In this document: piece by piece, positions 23,811 through 34,010 of the stretch
How the letters are laid out: the number at the start of each line of letters is the position of its first letter
Numbering within the stretch: position 1 is the first letter of the stretch
Position numbers and translations under genes: made by a program
The notes under the pieces: model-generated
Databases searched by the model: none
What the model was told of the DNA's origin: nothing
What the model saw: only the letters and a program-made list of their open reading frames with translations
Assembly: GCF_001194135.2 (NCBI RefSeq)
Contig: NC_068988.1
Coordinates: forward strand, 85,627,562 to 85,663,982
Length of the DNA: 36,421 nucleotides
Reading direction: 5' to 3'
From: Octopus bimaculoides
Taxonomy: Eukaryota

Positions 23811-24764
23811 AAGGAAAACAAAAAAAAGTCACCAACTAGTGTTCACTGATTTCTTCCAGCGTTGAAGCTTTCTTCTGAACATTTCCATCAGCCTTAATTC
23901 AGATAGCCTGCCGTGAAAATGGCAACATCACTTCGTGAATCATGAATCTTTTTGCTGATGATAATAACACACACACACACACACACACATGCATGTGTGT
24001 ATGTGTGTGTGCGTGTGTGTATGTGTGTATATGTGTGTTAGTTATCTTTTTTTATTAAAACTGAAAGTTTGTTTCCCCGATTCAAGTTTCACACCTCTAC
24101 GATCATCAGGATACACACATGCATATGTTTTATCATTCAATATTCTTTTTAAAACGTCATTCATCTTTCGTTATTCATCATCACTATCGACAACAATGAC
24201 AACAAGAGCCGGCATATGTTTGATGTTTAATCCTAATAAACAAGAAATTTCTAATATGCTCAACGACCTCTGAATATCTTTCTTAACACGTCCTACCAAC
24301 CTTAAGTAGCCCGTCGAAACATTTTTGAAGTTCATCTGCTACTGTATCTGAATGGGCGTGAGTCTGATTCACTAGATGTATGATCAGAGATGCTTCAGCC
24401 GTGAAAGCTAGCGTTAATAACTAATTCGGGTCTCTTGAAAAACGCATGACAGAAATAACACATTTCTCCGTACTCACTTTTCTTCTATTTGAAAAGGTTA
24501 ATCTTTTCCAAAATATTATAGGATTATTAAACAACTTACGTAAGCTAACACAATTTCTTTTCTTCTTGTTTTCATTTATTAACATTGCCTTACTTCTTTT
24601 ACCCAATTTCCCGTTTGCTTTAACCAAAGGTTTTCCGAATTCATTTACATAAAAAAAATTACTGTTTCAATTATCACAGAACTCCCACGGAAAGCTGTTT
24701 TCTCTGAGGTGTGGTAGACAATTTACTATCATACACACACGCGCGCACTCACATACATATCCAC

Positions 24765-24920
24765 TAGAGCCGCCTTAAGGCAAGGCACACTGAACACTGG
24801 TCTTGGGCCCGCACTGGTCTTGAGAGTCGATACTAACATATATATGCTGTCAAACAATAAATATTATGGACCCTAGTGCATTGCTTTGCACCGGGGCAAT
24901 AAGGCTGTTCAACAGCCCTG
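24765..24920. mobile_element. Possible decayed hAT-type MITE
   Basis: Ends TAGAGCCGCCTTAA... and ...GTTCAACAGCCCTG resemble CAGGGCCG-type hAT TIRs. The TIR match is poor and no 8-bp TSD was found. Confidence 0.35.
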
Positions 24921-25928
24921 CTGCTTTTTATTTAATTACGTACTAACATAATAGTAATAGATTCCAGATGTCCTGGTAAATATCATGGTTTAAACCCTCC
25001 CAAATGGGTCCCTCGCCATGACTATCCTGTTTTTTATTCAAACATTGCATCAAGAACTACAGTATCCATTCTGAACATTTTAAAAAGTAAAGCAAAGAGA
25101 AAGAAAAAAAAAACGAATGCAGGTGCGATTCGATAGAGATATAGCTGCTATTTCTAGCAGGTCGACCGACTACTAGGAGACTCCTGGCTATCTCGTTGTT
25201 GGCTAGTGGCTTCCTTGTTGGTTCGAGTCTCCTACCTCTCTCTCCCTCCTTGACTCGGGTGGGGCTAGTTGGTTGGCTAGTTGTTGGTTGGTTGGTTGGC
25301 TGGTTGGTGATGTTTGGATAGAGCCAATGGAATAAAAATATAGCGGCCTCTAAAGCAAGCAGTTTTCGATGCCATTTACCATATTCTGTTTAGATTCAGC
25401 TGAGTTCAGACAAACGGATCAAGTTTCATCTCTTCGCTGTTATTCGTTCGCGCGCACGCGTTTTTGTACATTCGCTCTATTTTTACGTTTTAGCTTTCGC
25501 TTATCTTATACTTACCTTTCTCTCGGCCTTTCGCAGTCAAATTCTATTGGCCAAGATCTTTCGTTGAAAGAACTTTCTGTTGTTATTGTTCCTTTCTGTT
25601 CTATATATTTCTTCTCACAGACGTATTACACTCTTTACTCGCTTCCTTTCCGTTCTTTCAATTGAGTGAATCACCTTCGTTTGACATTTTGCTCCAGTCT
25701 GCTTTCGAAATAGTATTTCGTGGGTTTGTTTTGTTTGGTAGTTTTGTTCTTTTTCTTTCTTCTTTTTTTCTTTCTTTATATCCTTTGTTTTTCAATTTGC
25801 TTGTTTCATATTTGTTTTCGCTTATTCTATTTTTGATTTTACCTGATTATAGAAACCGAGACTGGCAGCGCGTGCATTAACATATGTGTGTATGCGTGAG
25901 TGTGTATGTGCATGTGCGTGTATACGCT

Positions 25929-26145
25929 TTTCTTTTGTCTTTTATTAGTTTCATTCACTGGACTGCGGCCAAACTGGGGCACTACCTCGAAAAGTTTAAT
26001 CGAAAAAATCGACCGAAGAACTTGTTTTGTTAAAAGTCTGGCACTTATTCTCTTGTACTCTTTTTACCGAACCGTAATGTTATGAGGATGTAAACAAATT
26101 AGCAACGACTGTTAAACGACGGTGGGAACAAACAAAATACGGACA
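25929..26145 (-). mobile_element. SINE-A 3'-half, diverged
   Basis: Minus strand ...ACGGTTCGGTAAAAAGAGTACAAGAGAATAAGT...GGTCGATTTTTTCGATTAAAC...GGCCGCAGTCCAGTGAATGAAAC matches the SINE-A 3' half. Confidence 0.75.
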
Positions 26146-26170
26146 CAAAGACACATACATACATACACAC

Positions 26171-26250
26171 ACAACGCCCGGTCTGGGAATCGAAACCGCA
26201 ATTCTATGACTGCGAGTCCGCTGCCCTAACCACTGGGCCATTGCGCCTCC
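26171..26250 (-). mobile_element. SINE family B tRNA-like head only
   Basis: Minus strand GGAGGCGCAATGGCCCAGTGGTTAGGGCAGCGGACTCGCAGTCATAGAATTGCGGTTTCGATTCCCAGACCGGGCG has A and B boxes and is nearly identical to 26378-26458. Confidence 0.88.
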
Positions 26251-26377
26251 ACTATACATACATACATACATACATACATACATACATACATACATACATT
26301 TGCCATTTATCGGATTTTGCTTGCTGGCCATTTATATTATTATTGTTATTATTTATTTAACTAATAATAGTAATTGT

Positions 26378-26753
26378 GGAGGCGCAATGGCCCAGTGGTT
26401 AGGGCAGCGTACTCTCGGTCGTAGGATCGCAGTTTCAATTCCCAGACCGGGCGTTGTGAGTGTTTATTGAGCGAACATTCCGAAAGCTCCACGAGGCTCC
26501 GGCAGGGGATGGTGGCGAACCGTGTTGCACTCTTTAACCACAACTTTCTCTCACTCTTTCTTCCTGTTACTGTTGTGCCTGTAATTCAAAGTGTCAGCCT
26601 TGTCAGACTGTGTCACGCTGAATATCCCCGAGAACTACGTTAAGGGTACACGTGTCTGTGGAGTACTCAGCCACTTGCACATTAATTTCACGAGCAGGCT
26701 GTTCCGTTGATCGGATCAACTGGACCCTCGTCGTCGTAACCGACGGAGTGCCA
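26378..26753 (+). mobile_element. SINE family B, full-length (tRNA-derived head)
   Basis: A box TGGCCCAGTGG and B box GTTTCAATTCC, a body of about 300 bp, followed by AAT-rich sequence. Partial homologues lie at 26171-26250 and 28405-28605. Confidence 0.9.
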
Positions 26754-27667
26754 CGAATAATAATTAATAATAATATCTATATTAATTTTTTTTAAATATT
26801 TATTCATTTATGAATTTTATACACTAACAGCATTTATGAATTTGGCGCTAGCTTTTCAACGGTTACCATGCACAACGAAACAAGTAAAATTTTTAACCCT
26901 AGATATATNNNNNNNNNNNNNNNNNNNNNNNNNNNNNNNNNNNNNNNNNNNNNNNNNNNNNNNNNNNNNNNNNNNNNNNNNNNNNNNNNNNNNNNNNNNN
27001 NNNNNNNNNNNNNNNNNNNNNNNNNNNNNNNNNNNNNNNNNNNNNNNNNNNNNNNNNNNNNNNNNNNNNNNNNNNNNNNNNNNNNNNNNNNNNNNNNNNN
27101 NNNNNNNNNNNNNNNNNNNNNNNNNNNNNNNNNNNNNNNNNNNNNNNNNNNNNNNNNNNNNNNNNNNNNNNNNNNNNNNNNNNNNNNNNNNNNNNNNNNN
27201 NNNNNNNNNNNNNNNNNNNNNNNNNNNNNNNNNNNNNNNNNNNNNNNNNNNNNNNNNNNNNNNNNNNNNNNNNNNNNNNNNNNNNNNNNNNNNNNNNNNN
27301 NNNNNNNNNNNNNNNNNNNNNNNNNNNNNNNNNNNNNNNNNNNNNNNNNNNNNNNNNNNNNNNNNNNNNNNNNNNNNNNNNNNNNNNNNNNNNNNNNNNN
27401 NNNNNNNNNNNNNNNNNNNNNNNNNNNNNNNNNNNNNNNNNNNNNNNNNNNNNNNNNNNNNNNNNNNNNNNNNNNNNNNNNNNNNNNNNNNNNNNNNNNN
27501 NNNNNNNNNNNNNNNNNNNNNNNNNNNNNNNNNNNNNNNNNNNNNNNNNNNNNNNNNNNNNNNNNNNNNNNNNNNNNNNNNNNNNNNNNNNNNNNNNNNN
27601 NNNNNNNNNNNNNNNNNNNNNNNNNNNNNNNNNNNNNNNNNNNNNNNNNNNNNNNNNNNNNNNNNNN

Positions 27668-27884
27668 AGAAACGTTAGCACGCCGGGCGAAATGCTTAGC
27701 GGTATTTCGTCTGCCGCTACGTTCTGAGTTCAAATTCCGCCGAAGTCGACTTTGCCTTTCATCCTTTCGGGGTCGATCAAATAAGTACCAGTTACGCACT
27801 GGGGTCGGTATAATCGACTTAATCCGTTTGTCTGTCCTTGTTTGTCCCCTCTGTGTGTAGCCCCTTGTGGGTAGTAAAGAAATA
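27668..27884 (+). mobile_element. SINE family C variant with an alternative 3' tail
   Basis: Matches C copies through GTTCTGAGTTCAAATTCCGCC and GCCTTTCATCCTTTCGGGGTCGAT...AAGTACCAG to about 27825, then carries a different 59-bp tail ending GTAAAGAAATA. Confidence 0.88.
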
Positions 27885-28404
27885 ACACACATATATATAT
27901 ATATCCGCTTCATATCGGGCTTTTTTGTTTCACCAAAGTATATCTTGACTTAAATGTAATGACCAACTGAAATGCGAAGAGTGCATGCATCAGCTTAAAT
28001 AACTTCCAGGTTTCATAGTTCTGTAGTGTTGGTGTTTGTTATCAATATCCTCCATGATCGTGTATGCGTAGTCTCAAAGGGTGTAAGACGTACTGTGTCT
28101 GAATAACGCTAAGCTGGTAAGTAAAAAGTGTTTCTCTTACTTATAAGAAAGGAAATAAATATATTAGCAAATGCTTAAGTAACAATCTGGAAAAAGTAAA
28201 ATCTTCAGGAAATGAAATCAATCAGAAAACACACACATTACAAATTCAATTTGTAAGTGGAACAGTAAAAGTATACAAGACTTTTTTCAAGCGCCACATG
28301 GAGCTTTGTATCTTTGTTAAAAACCAGTTCTTTCCTGTGAGGAAATATTCAGACAGTTAAGATAAGAGAGAACATACATACATACATACGTACATACATA
28401 CATA

Positions 28405-28605
28405 CATAAGATGGCGTTCCGTCGCTTACGACGTCGAGGGTTCCAGTTGATCCAATCAACGGAACAGCCTGCTCGTGAAATTAACGTGCAAGTGGCTGAG
28501 CTCTCCACAGACACGTGTACCCTTAACGTAGTTCTCGGGGATATTCAACGTGACACAGTGTGACAAGGCTGACCCTTTGAATTACAGGTACAACAGAAAC
28601 AAGAA
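28405..28605 (-). mobile_element. SINE-B 3' half, flanked by (ACAT)n on both sides
   Basis: Reverse-complement match to about 26558-26753. Confidence 0.88.
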
Positions 28606-28759
28606 ACACATACATACATACATGCATACATAACATACATACATACCCTGTTTGATGTCTAAATTCCATTGAAAGAGTTTCGTTCCTAGGTTGGAAATCT
28701 GCTCTTTCTCCTTTGGTGAGAAATTCGAAAAATAAAGAACGAACATGCAAATATATATA

Positions 28760-29154
28760 GGCGCAGGAGTGGCTGTATAGTAAGTAGCTTGCTTACCAAC
28801 TATATGATTCCAGGTTCAATCCCACTGTGTAGCACCTTGGGAAAGTGTCTTCTACTGTAGTCTCGGGCCGACCAAAGCCATGTGAGTGGATTTGGTTGAC
28901 GGAAACTGAAAGAAGCCTGTCATATATATGTATGTATATGTTTATGTGTCTGTGTTTGTCCCCCGCCACCACCTCTTGACAACCGATGTTGGTGTGTTTA
29001 CGTCCCCGTAACTTAGCGGTTCGGAAAAAAGAGAACAATAGAATAAGTACTATGCTTACAAAGAATAAGTCCTGGGGTCGATTTCTTCGACTAAAAGGCA
29101 GTGCTCTAGCATGGCCACAGTCAAGTGACCGAACCAAATAAAGAATAAAAGAAT
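28760..29154 (+). mobile_element. SINE family A, full-length
   Basis: GGCGCAGGAGTGGCTGTATAG head, GGTTCAATCCC B box, AAAGAAT tail. Confidence 0.92.
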
Positions 29155-29724
29155 ACGCACAATTGTGTGGACGGCTTAAAATGAATGAATGCTGGTGATG
29201 CCCAGTGTTAAAGAATACCGAATGTCCCAGATAATTTCGGAGCGAGGTGTATCGCTTTGTCTAAGACATTCGAACTTCTTTAACACTCAGCGTAGTGTAG
29301 GGAGCTTTCTCTGGACGCTATAGTAAATAGGCGTTTAAATGAAATACATACTCTATGTGCCACCGATAATGTTCACATTCCTGTGCTGTTTTTAATCTAC
29401 ACTTTAATGTATATAATCGATCAAACTGAATGTACTGTTAGAGAGGGAAAATCTGACGTCCCGGGCAGAATCTTTTTTAAAGAAAAATTAAAGTTAAAAG
29501 GAGAGGAAATTAGTGGAGTTTTACATCTTCGAAATGAAAAAAAAAAGAACTGGCTGCAAATGATAGGTGCACAATAAGTGGTAGGTGAAACAGTAGGCGA
29601 AGGTAGAAAGGAAGAGGAATAGAATGAGGAAAAATCGAGAGTGAAATGATGAGAAAAGATGAGATAAGAAGGGAGGTAATGGATAAGAAAGGGATTAATG
29701 AACTATGGGGAGATGTAGGAATAG

Positions 29725-30125
29725 GAAAATAAAATGTTTATTTAAACTTGTCGGTGATATGGTACTCTTTTCGTATATGAAACACTGTTCTCTGCTTTTC
29801 CTTGAGAAAGTGAATCCATGATGTGGAGCGATGCAGCATGCTGATGAGTGAATGATAAAATGGCCTGTAGTGTTGAAGAGGGTGGCGACAGGTTGGCGTA
29901 CTATGTAGCGGCATGCTTGGAAAATCCTCCCGAAAGCGATAAGCAAAGCGTGGGACGGTTCCCCCAGTGTTAAAGGCCCCGCTAAGTTTGCCTGTGGTGC
30001 AGTACATAATGCTGGACGATATGAAACAGAATTTCTGAGCACTATGATATTGTGTCTGAGGCCCAGTGATGGTTATGGTGATGCTAATGTAGGGGTAGGC
30101 GTTGCATTTAAAAGTTCCCTGTTGA
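29725..30125 (-). pseudogene. Penelope-like element (PLE) C-terminal GIY-YIG endonuclease remnant
   Basis: Minus strand reads QGTFKCNAYPYISITITITGP...FCFISSSIMYC.TGKLSGAFNTGGTVPRFAYRFRE, then QPVATLFNTTGH...SRKSREQCFIYEKSTISPTSLNKHF. This matches the PLE pattern GTF.C...C.YI...ITGP...F.C.SSN.IYCI.C..C...Y.G.T.R.LA.RF.EH...PVA.HFN..GH...R..RE...I..L.T..P.GLN. Confidence 0.75.
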
Positions 30126-30259
30126 GTGAGAAGTGAGAGACAGGGAGAAGTGAAATGCAAATAGGGATTCGGGATTCAATGCAGAAAAGCGGGAAATATG
30201 GCTTGAAAGCATTCAAATAGGTGTATGAGAGAGAGGGGGGAGAGAGAAAGGAGAGGAAG

Positions 30260-30296
<37 letters not shown>

Positions 30297-30774
30297 GATA
30301 GGAGAGAGTAAGTAGTAAGCCTTCGTGCATATAAGTAATGTAACCCAAATAGTTTTCCACACACGCATTCACATACACACATGCATTCACATATGCACAC
30401 ATGCATACATACATATAGACACATGCATGCATATATACATACATGTACGTATGTACACACACACATACGTAAATAGACGCAATACACAATAATCAGTAGA
30501 AATGTGAGTTAAGATTACGAGTGTGTTTTTAATTAACAGGGAAACTAATGAAATCGATTTCTTTTTATCTGTCCACTGAACGAAAAAGCTAAGGTTTAAC
30601 CACAGCGTCTACTTATACACAGTGAGGTTGAACATGTTAATTAAAACACACATTCATAAGTTTACCTTATATTTGTATACTCCCACATACACGCAAGCAC
30701 ACGTACATACGAATACACTTAGATACACATGAACACACACACATACACCCCTAAATATGTAAGTCCGCCAGTGT

Positions 30775-30819
30775 ATGTATGTATCTATGTATCTATGTAT
30801 CTATCTATCTCTCTATCTC

Positions 30820-30850
<31 letters not shown>

Positions 30851-30880
30851 CTCCCCCCCCTCTCTCTCTCTCTCTCTCTA
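30775..30880. repeat. (ATCT)n/(CT)n compound microsatellite
   Basis: Directly visible. Confidence 0.95.
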
Positions 30881-31093
30881 ATATATGAGTATATGCATAT
30901 ATATGTACATGTATGTACATACCTTCATCTACATGTATATATAGATGCATATCTGGGTACATGACGTTGCAAAAAAAAAACATGGACAAAATGATTAACA
31001 GGGTACAGAAAACACACAGGCCACATAGAGACCATTTCCTTCATCAGCTGCCACCATTATAACACTGGCGTTTCGAAGATTTATATATACACA

Positions 31094-31908
31094 CGAGGTG
31101 GTGTCAAAATACTTCCGGACTAGTTCTGTAAGCGCCAAGAGATGGCAGCACGGTGAGAACTAGCAGTGAGCTTCATGAGGCAGTGCGCCAAGTGACATCA
31201 CTGTGTTTACTTCGAAGCTTATGAAATTTGTGTTTTTGCGATCACGTGTATGCTGTAGGCTGTCGTCTGCGATTTTGTCATGGACAGGAACAAAGAGCCT
31301 ACGTGGAATTTTGCGTTAAGCTGGGGAAGTCTGCTACAGAAACATTGAACATGCTTCGGCAAGCTTACAGCGAGGAGGCAATGGGTCGTATACGATGTTC
31401 CCGAGTAGCGCAGGCGCTTCAAAAGCGGAAGAACGTCCCTGGAAGACGATAAGCGATCTGGAAGACATGCCACGAGCGTCACCCTCGGAAATGTGGTATT
31501 GTGCATCGAGAATTCGTCTCCCAGGATCAGACCGTCAATCGAAAGTTCTGCTGCGATGTTTCGAAGCGTTTGAAGGAGGACATTCGGAGAAAGCGACCGG
31601 ATCTGTAGAGCCCGAAGAATTCGCCAGATTTTGCACCTGCGGACTTCCATCTCTTCCACAAGATGAAAATGCAGCTCAAGGGTCACCGTTTTAACACCGT
31701 TGTCGAGATCCAGAGCGAATCGCAGAAGGTCCTTGACTCCCTTACGGATAACGACTTCCAGGCTGGATTCCAAATGTGGCAGGAACGCTGGGGCCAGTGT
31801 ATTGCTGCGCAAGTTAGCTATTTCGAAGATAGTGTTAAAACTTTGACAAATAAGATTTTTTTTTAAAATTAAATATAACTGGTCCGGGAACATTTTGATA
31901 CCATCTCG
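31094..31908 (+). mobile_element. Internally deleted mariner element (about 32-bp TIRs, two deletions)
   Basis: TIRs CGAGGTGGTGTCAAAATACTTCCGGACTAGTT and the reverse complement of the right end CGAGATGGTATCAAAATGTTCCCGGACCAGTT. Frames give EQRAYVEFCVKLGKSATETLNMLRQAY, GIVHREFV, SPDFAPADFHLF and KGHRFNTVVEIQSES...WQERWGQCIAAQVSYFE. Confidence 0.92.
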
Positions 31909-31909
31909 A

Positions 31910-31949
<40 letters not shown>

Positions 31950-32378
31950 ATTAAAGTAGAGCTATTGCCTTCGGGTCTACTTGATAGCTTCTTTCCAGAC
32001 AGNNNNNNNNNNNNNNNNNNNNNNNNNNNNNNNNNNNNNNNNNNNNNNNNNNNNNNNNNNNNNNNNNNNNNNNNNNNNNNNNNNNNNNNNNNNNNNNNNN
32101 NNNNNNNNNNNNNNNNNNNNNNNNNNNNNNNNNNNNNNNNNNNNNNNNNNNNNNNNNNNNNNNNNNNNNNNNNNNNNNNNNNNNNNNNNNNNNNNNNNNN
32201 NNNNNNNNNNNNNNNNNNNNNNNNNNNNNNNNNNNNNNNNNNNNNNNNNNNNNNNNNNNNNNNNNNNNNNNNNNNNNNNNNNNNNNNNNNNNNNNNNNNN
32301 NNNNNNNNNNNNNNNNNNNNNNNNNNNNNNNNNNNNNNNNNNNNNNNNNNNNNNNNNNNNNNNNNNNNNNNNNNNNNN

Positions 32379-32416
<38 letters not shown>

Positions 32417-32841
32417 TGTACTCACACACGTGCTCATACACTCGGACACGCACCACTCATGCACGCACGTGATGACGTGCATGCTGATATCTAATGTAGC
32501 CAGTTGGAATCAAATGCTGGTTGGTCGATAGTTGGGATGATGTAGGTTGCATTGGTGTCTAGATGTTAGTCTTGGTCGTGTTGTAGTGGCATTGTTCTTG
32601 CTAATTGTATTGTTGTGGCTGTTCAATCTCAAGTCAATCCTCATTGACCTAAGATCATAGACGTTTCATTCAAGGTTTCAAATATACTAGGATACCACAT
32701 TATTTGTTTTTATTTTAAATGGATTTGCTTACCTTCTTTATACTATATGTTACTGTTAGCGGTTGTACTGGTGATGACGATAGATACACCCACGCACAAA
32801 TACATACATACATACATACATACATGCATGCTTGCATGCAT

Positions 32842-32873
<32 letters not shown>

Positions 32874-33279
32874 GCGCGCATATATATAAATATATATATA
32901 TATANNNNNNNNNNNNNNNNNNNNNNNNNNNNNNNNNNNNNNNNNNNNNNNNNNNNNNNNNNNNNNNNNNNNNNNNNNNNNNNNNNNNNNNNNNNNNNNN
33001 NNNNNNNNNNNNNNNNNNNNNNNNNNNNNNNNNNNNNNNNNNNNNNNNNNNNNNNNNNNNNNNNNNNNNNNNNNNNNNNNNNNNNNNNNNNNNNNNNNNN
33101 NNNNNNNNNNNNNNNNNNNNNNNNNNNNNNNNNNNNNNNNNNNNNNNNNNNNNNNNNNNNNNNNNNNNNNNNNNNNNNNNNNNNNNNNNNNNNNNNNNNN
33201 NNNNNNNNNNNNNNNNNNNNNNNNNNNNNNNNNNNNNNNNNNNNNNNNNNNNNNNNNNNNNNNNNNNNNNNNNNNNNNN

Positions 33280-33342
33280 CCTCGGGCCGACCAAAAACTT
33301 GTGAGTGGATTTGGTAGACGGAAACTGAAAGAAGCCTGTCGC
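33280..33342 (+). mobile_element. SINE-A middle fragment (after gap), ending at (TA)n
   Basis: CCTCGGGCCGACCAAAAACTTGTGAGTGGATTTGGTAGACGGAAACTGAAAGAAGCCTGTCG. Confidence 0.85.
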
Positions 33343-33680
33343 ATATATATATATATATATAGCTTAATTTAATTTGTCCTTAGTCGAAAGACATCTGTTG
33401 TTATGTCCTGTTTTATTATTTTTATTGTATTTGTGTAACATTGTTCGTTTTCTTCCCGTCCTTGTTTTTGTATATATTCGCTGCTTTCTTCCAAGGAATC
33501 TAATGCTCTTAGCTTAGTTTTTCCTTGGGGCTGGCCAGATTGGAGCAATATCGAGAATAACCAGCCGAAATTGCAATGATAATCTGGATCTCGACTGAGG
33601 AAAGAAAACTCCGAATGACCTGTCCTTGTTTTCTTTGTATCATCTATCTGTATGTTTTGTTCCTTTCGTGTATTACGTTG

Positions 33681-34010
33681 TTAAGCTCTGGATTGATGAA
33701 GTACGCATTGGAAAGCTATGCTTGTTTCGACAAGGCTTAACACATTCTCCCAATACCACATCATCTAAAAATGGATATCAGACAATTATTACGCTCATGG
33801 CTTCTTAGCTCACCAGATTTAAATCCCATAGATTACTCTGCTTCGAGCGTTGTTGAAAGAGGGACTAAACGACATGCTCACAATATTGTAGCTTCATCGA
33901 CGGCCGCCATTGATGACGTCCAAAATTATTAAGGCTCATGTAATGCAGGTATGTCAACGATTCTGGTCCCTCATTGAATTAGTTATCGAAGCTGAAGGCA
34001 GGTTCATAAC
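33681..34010 (+). pseudogene. Tc1/mariner (maT/DD37D-like) transposase C-terminal remnant
   Basis: Reads WIDEV..., SPDLNPIDY (33810-33836), SVVERGTKRHAHNIVAS and VCQRFWSLIELVIEAEGRFI, matching the W..SSPDLNP.DY.VW...AC.RFR.RIEAVI.AEG..I pattern. Confidence 0.75.

Noticed and set aside
24140-24400. Possible hAT dimerisation-domain remnant on the minus strand (DIQRSLSIL...LVVI)
   Set aside because: Only one short, weak motif resemblance, with no collinear supporting motifs.
26378-26458. tRNA gene (also the SINE-A and SINE-C heads)
   Set aside because: The pol III boxes are followed by SINE bodies, and no complete cloverleaf or terminator is evident, so these are SINE heads.
31030-31082. Second hammerhead candidate (minus strand GAAAC ... 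CUGAUGA)
   Set aside because: The motifs are in permuted order with an A-C mismatch at stem II, no UH after stem III and no stem I, so it does not fold as a hammerhead.
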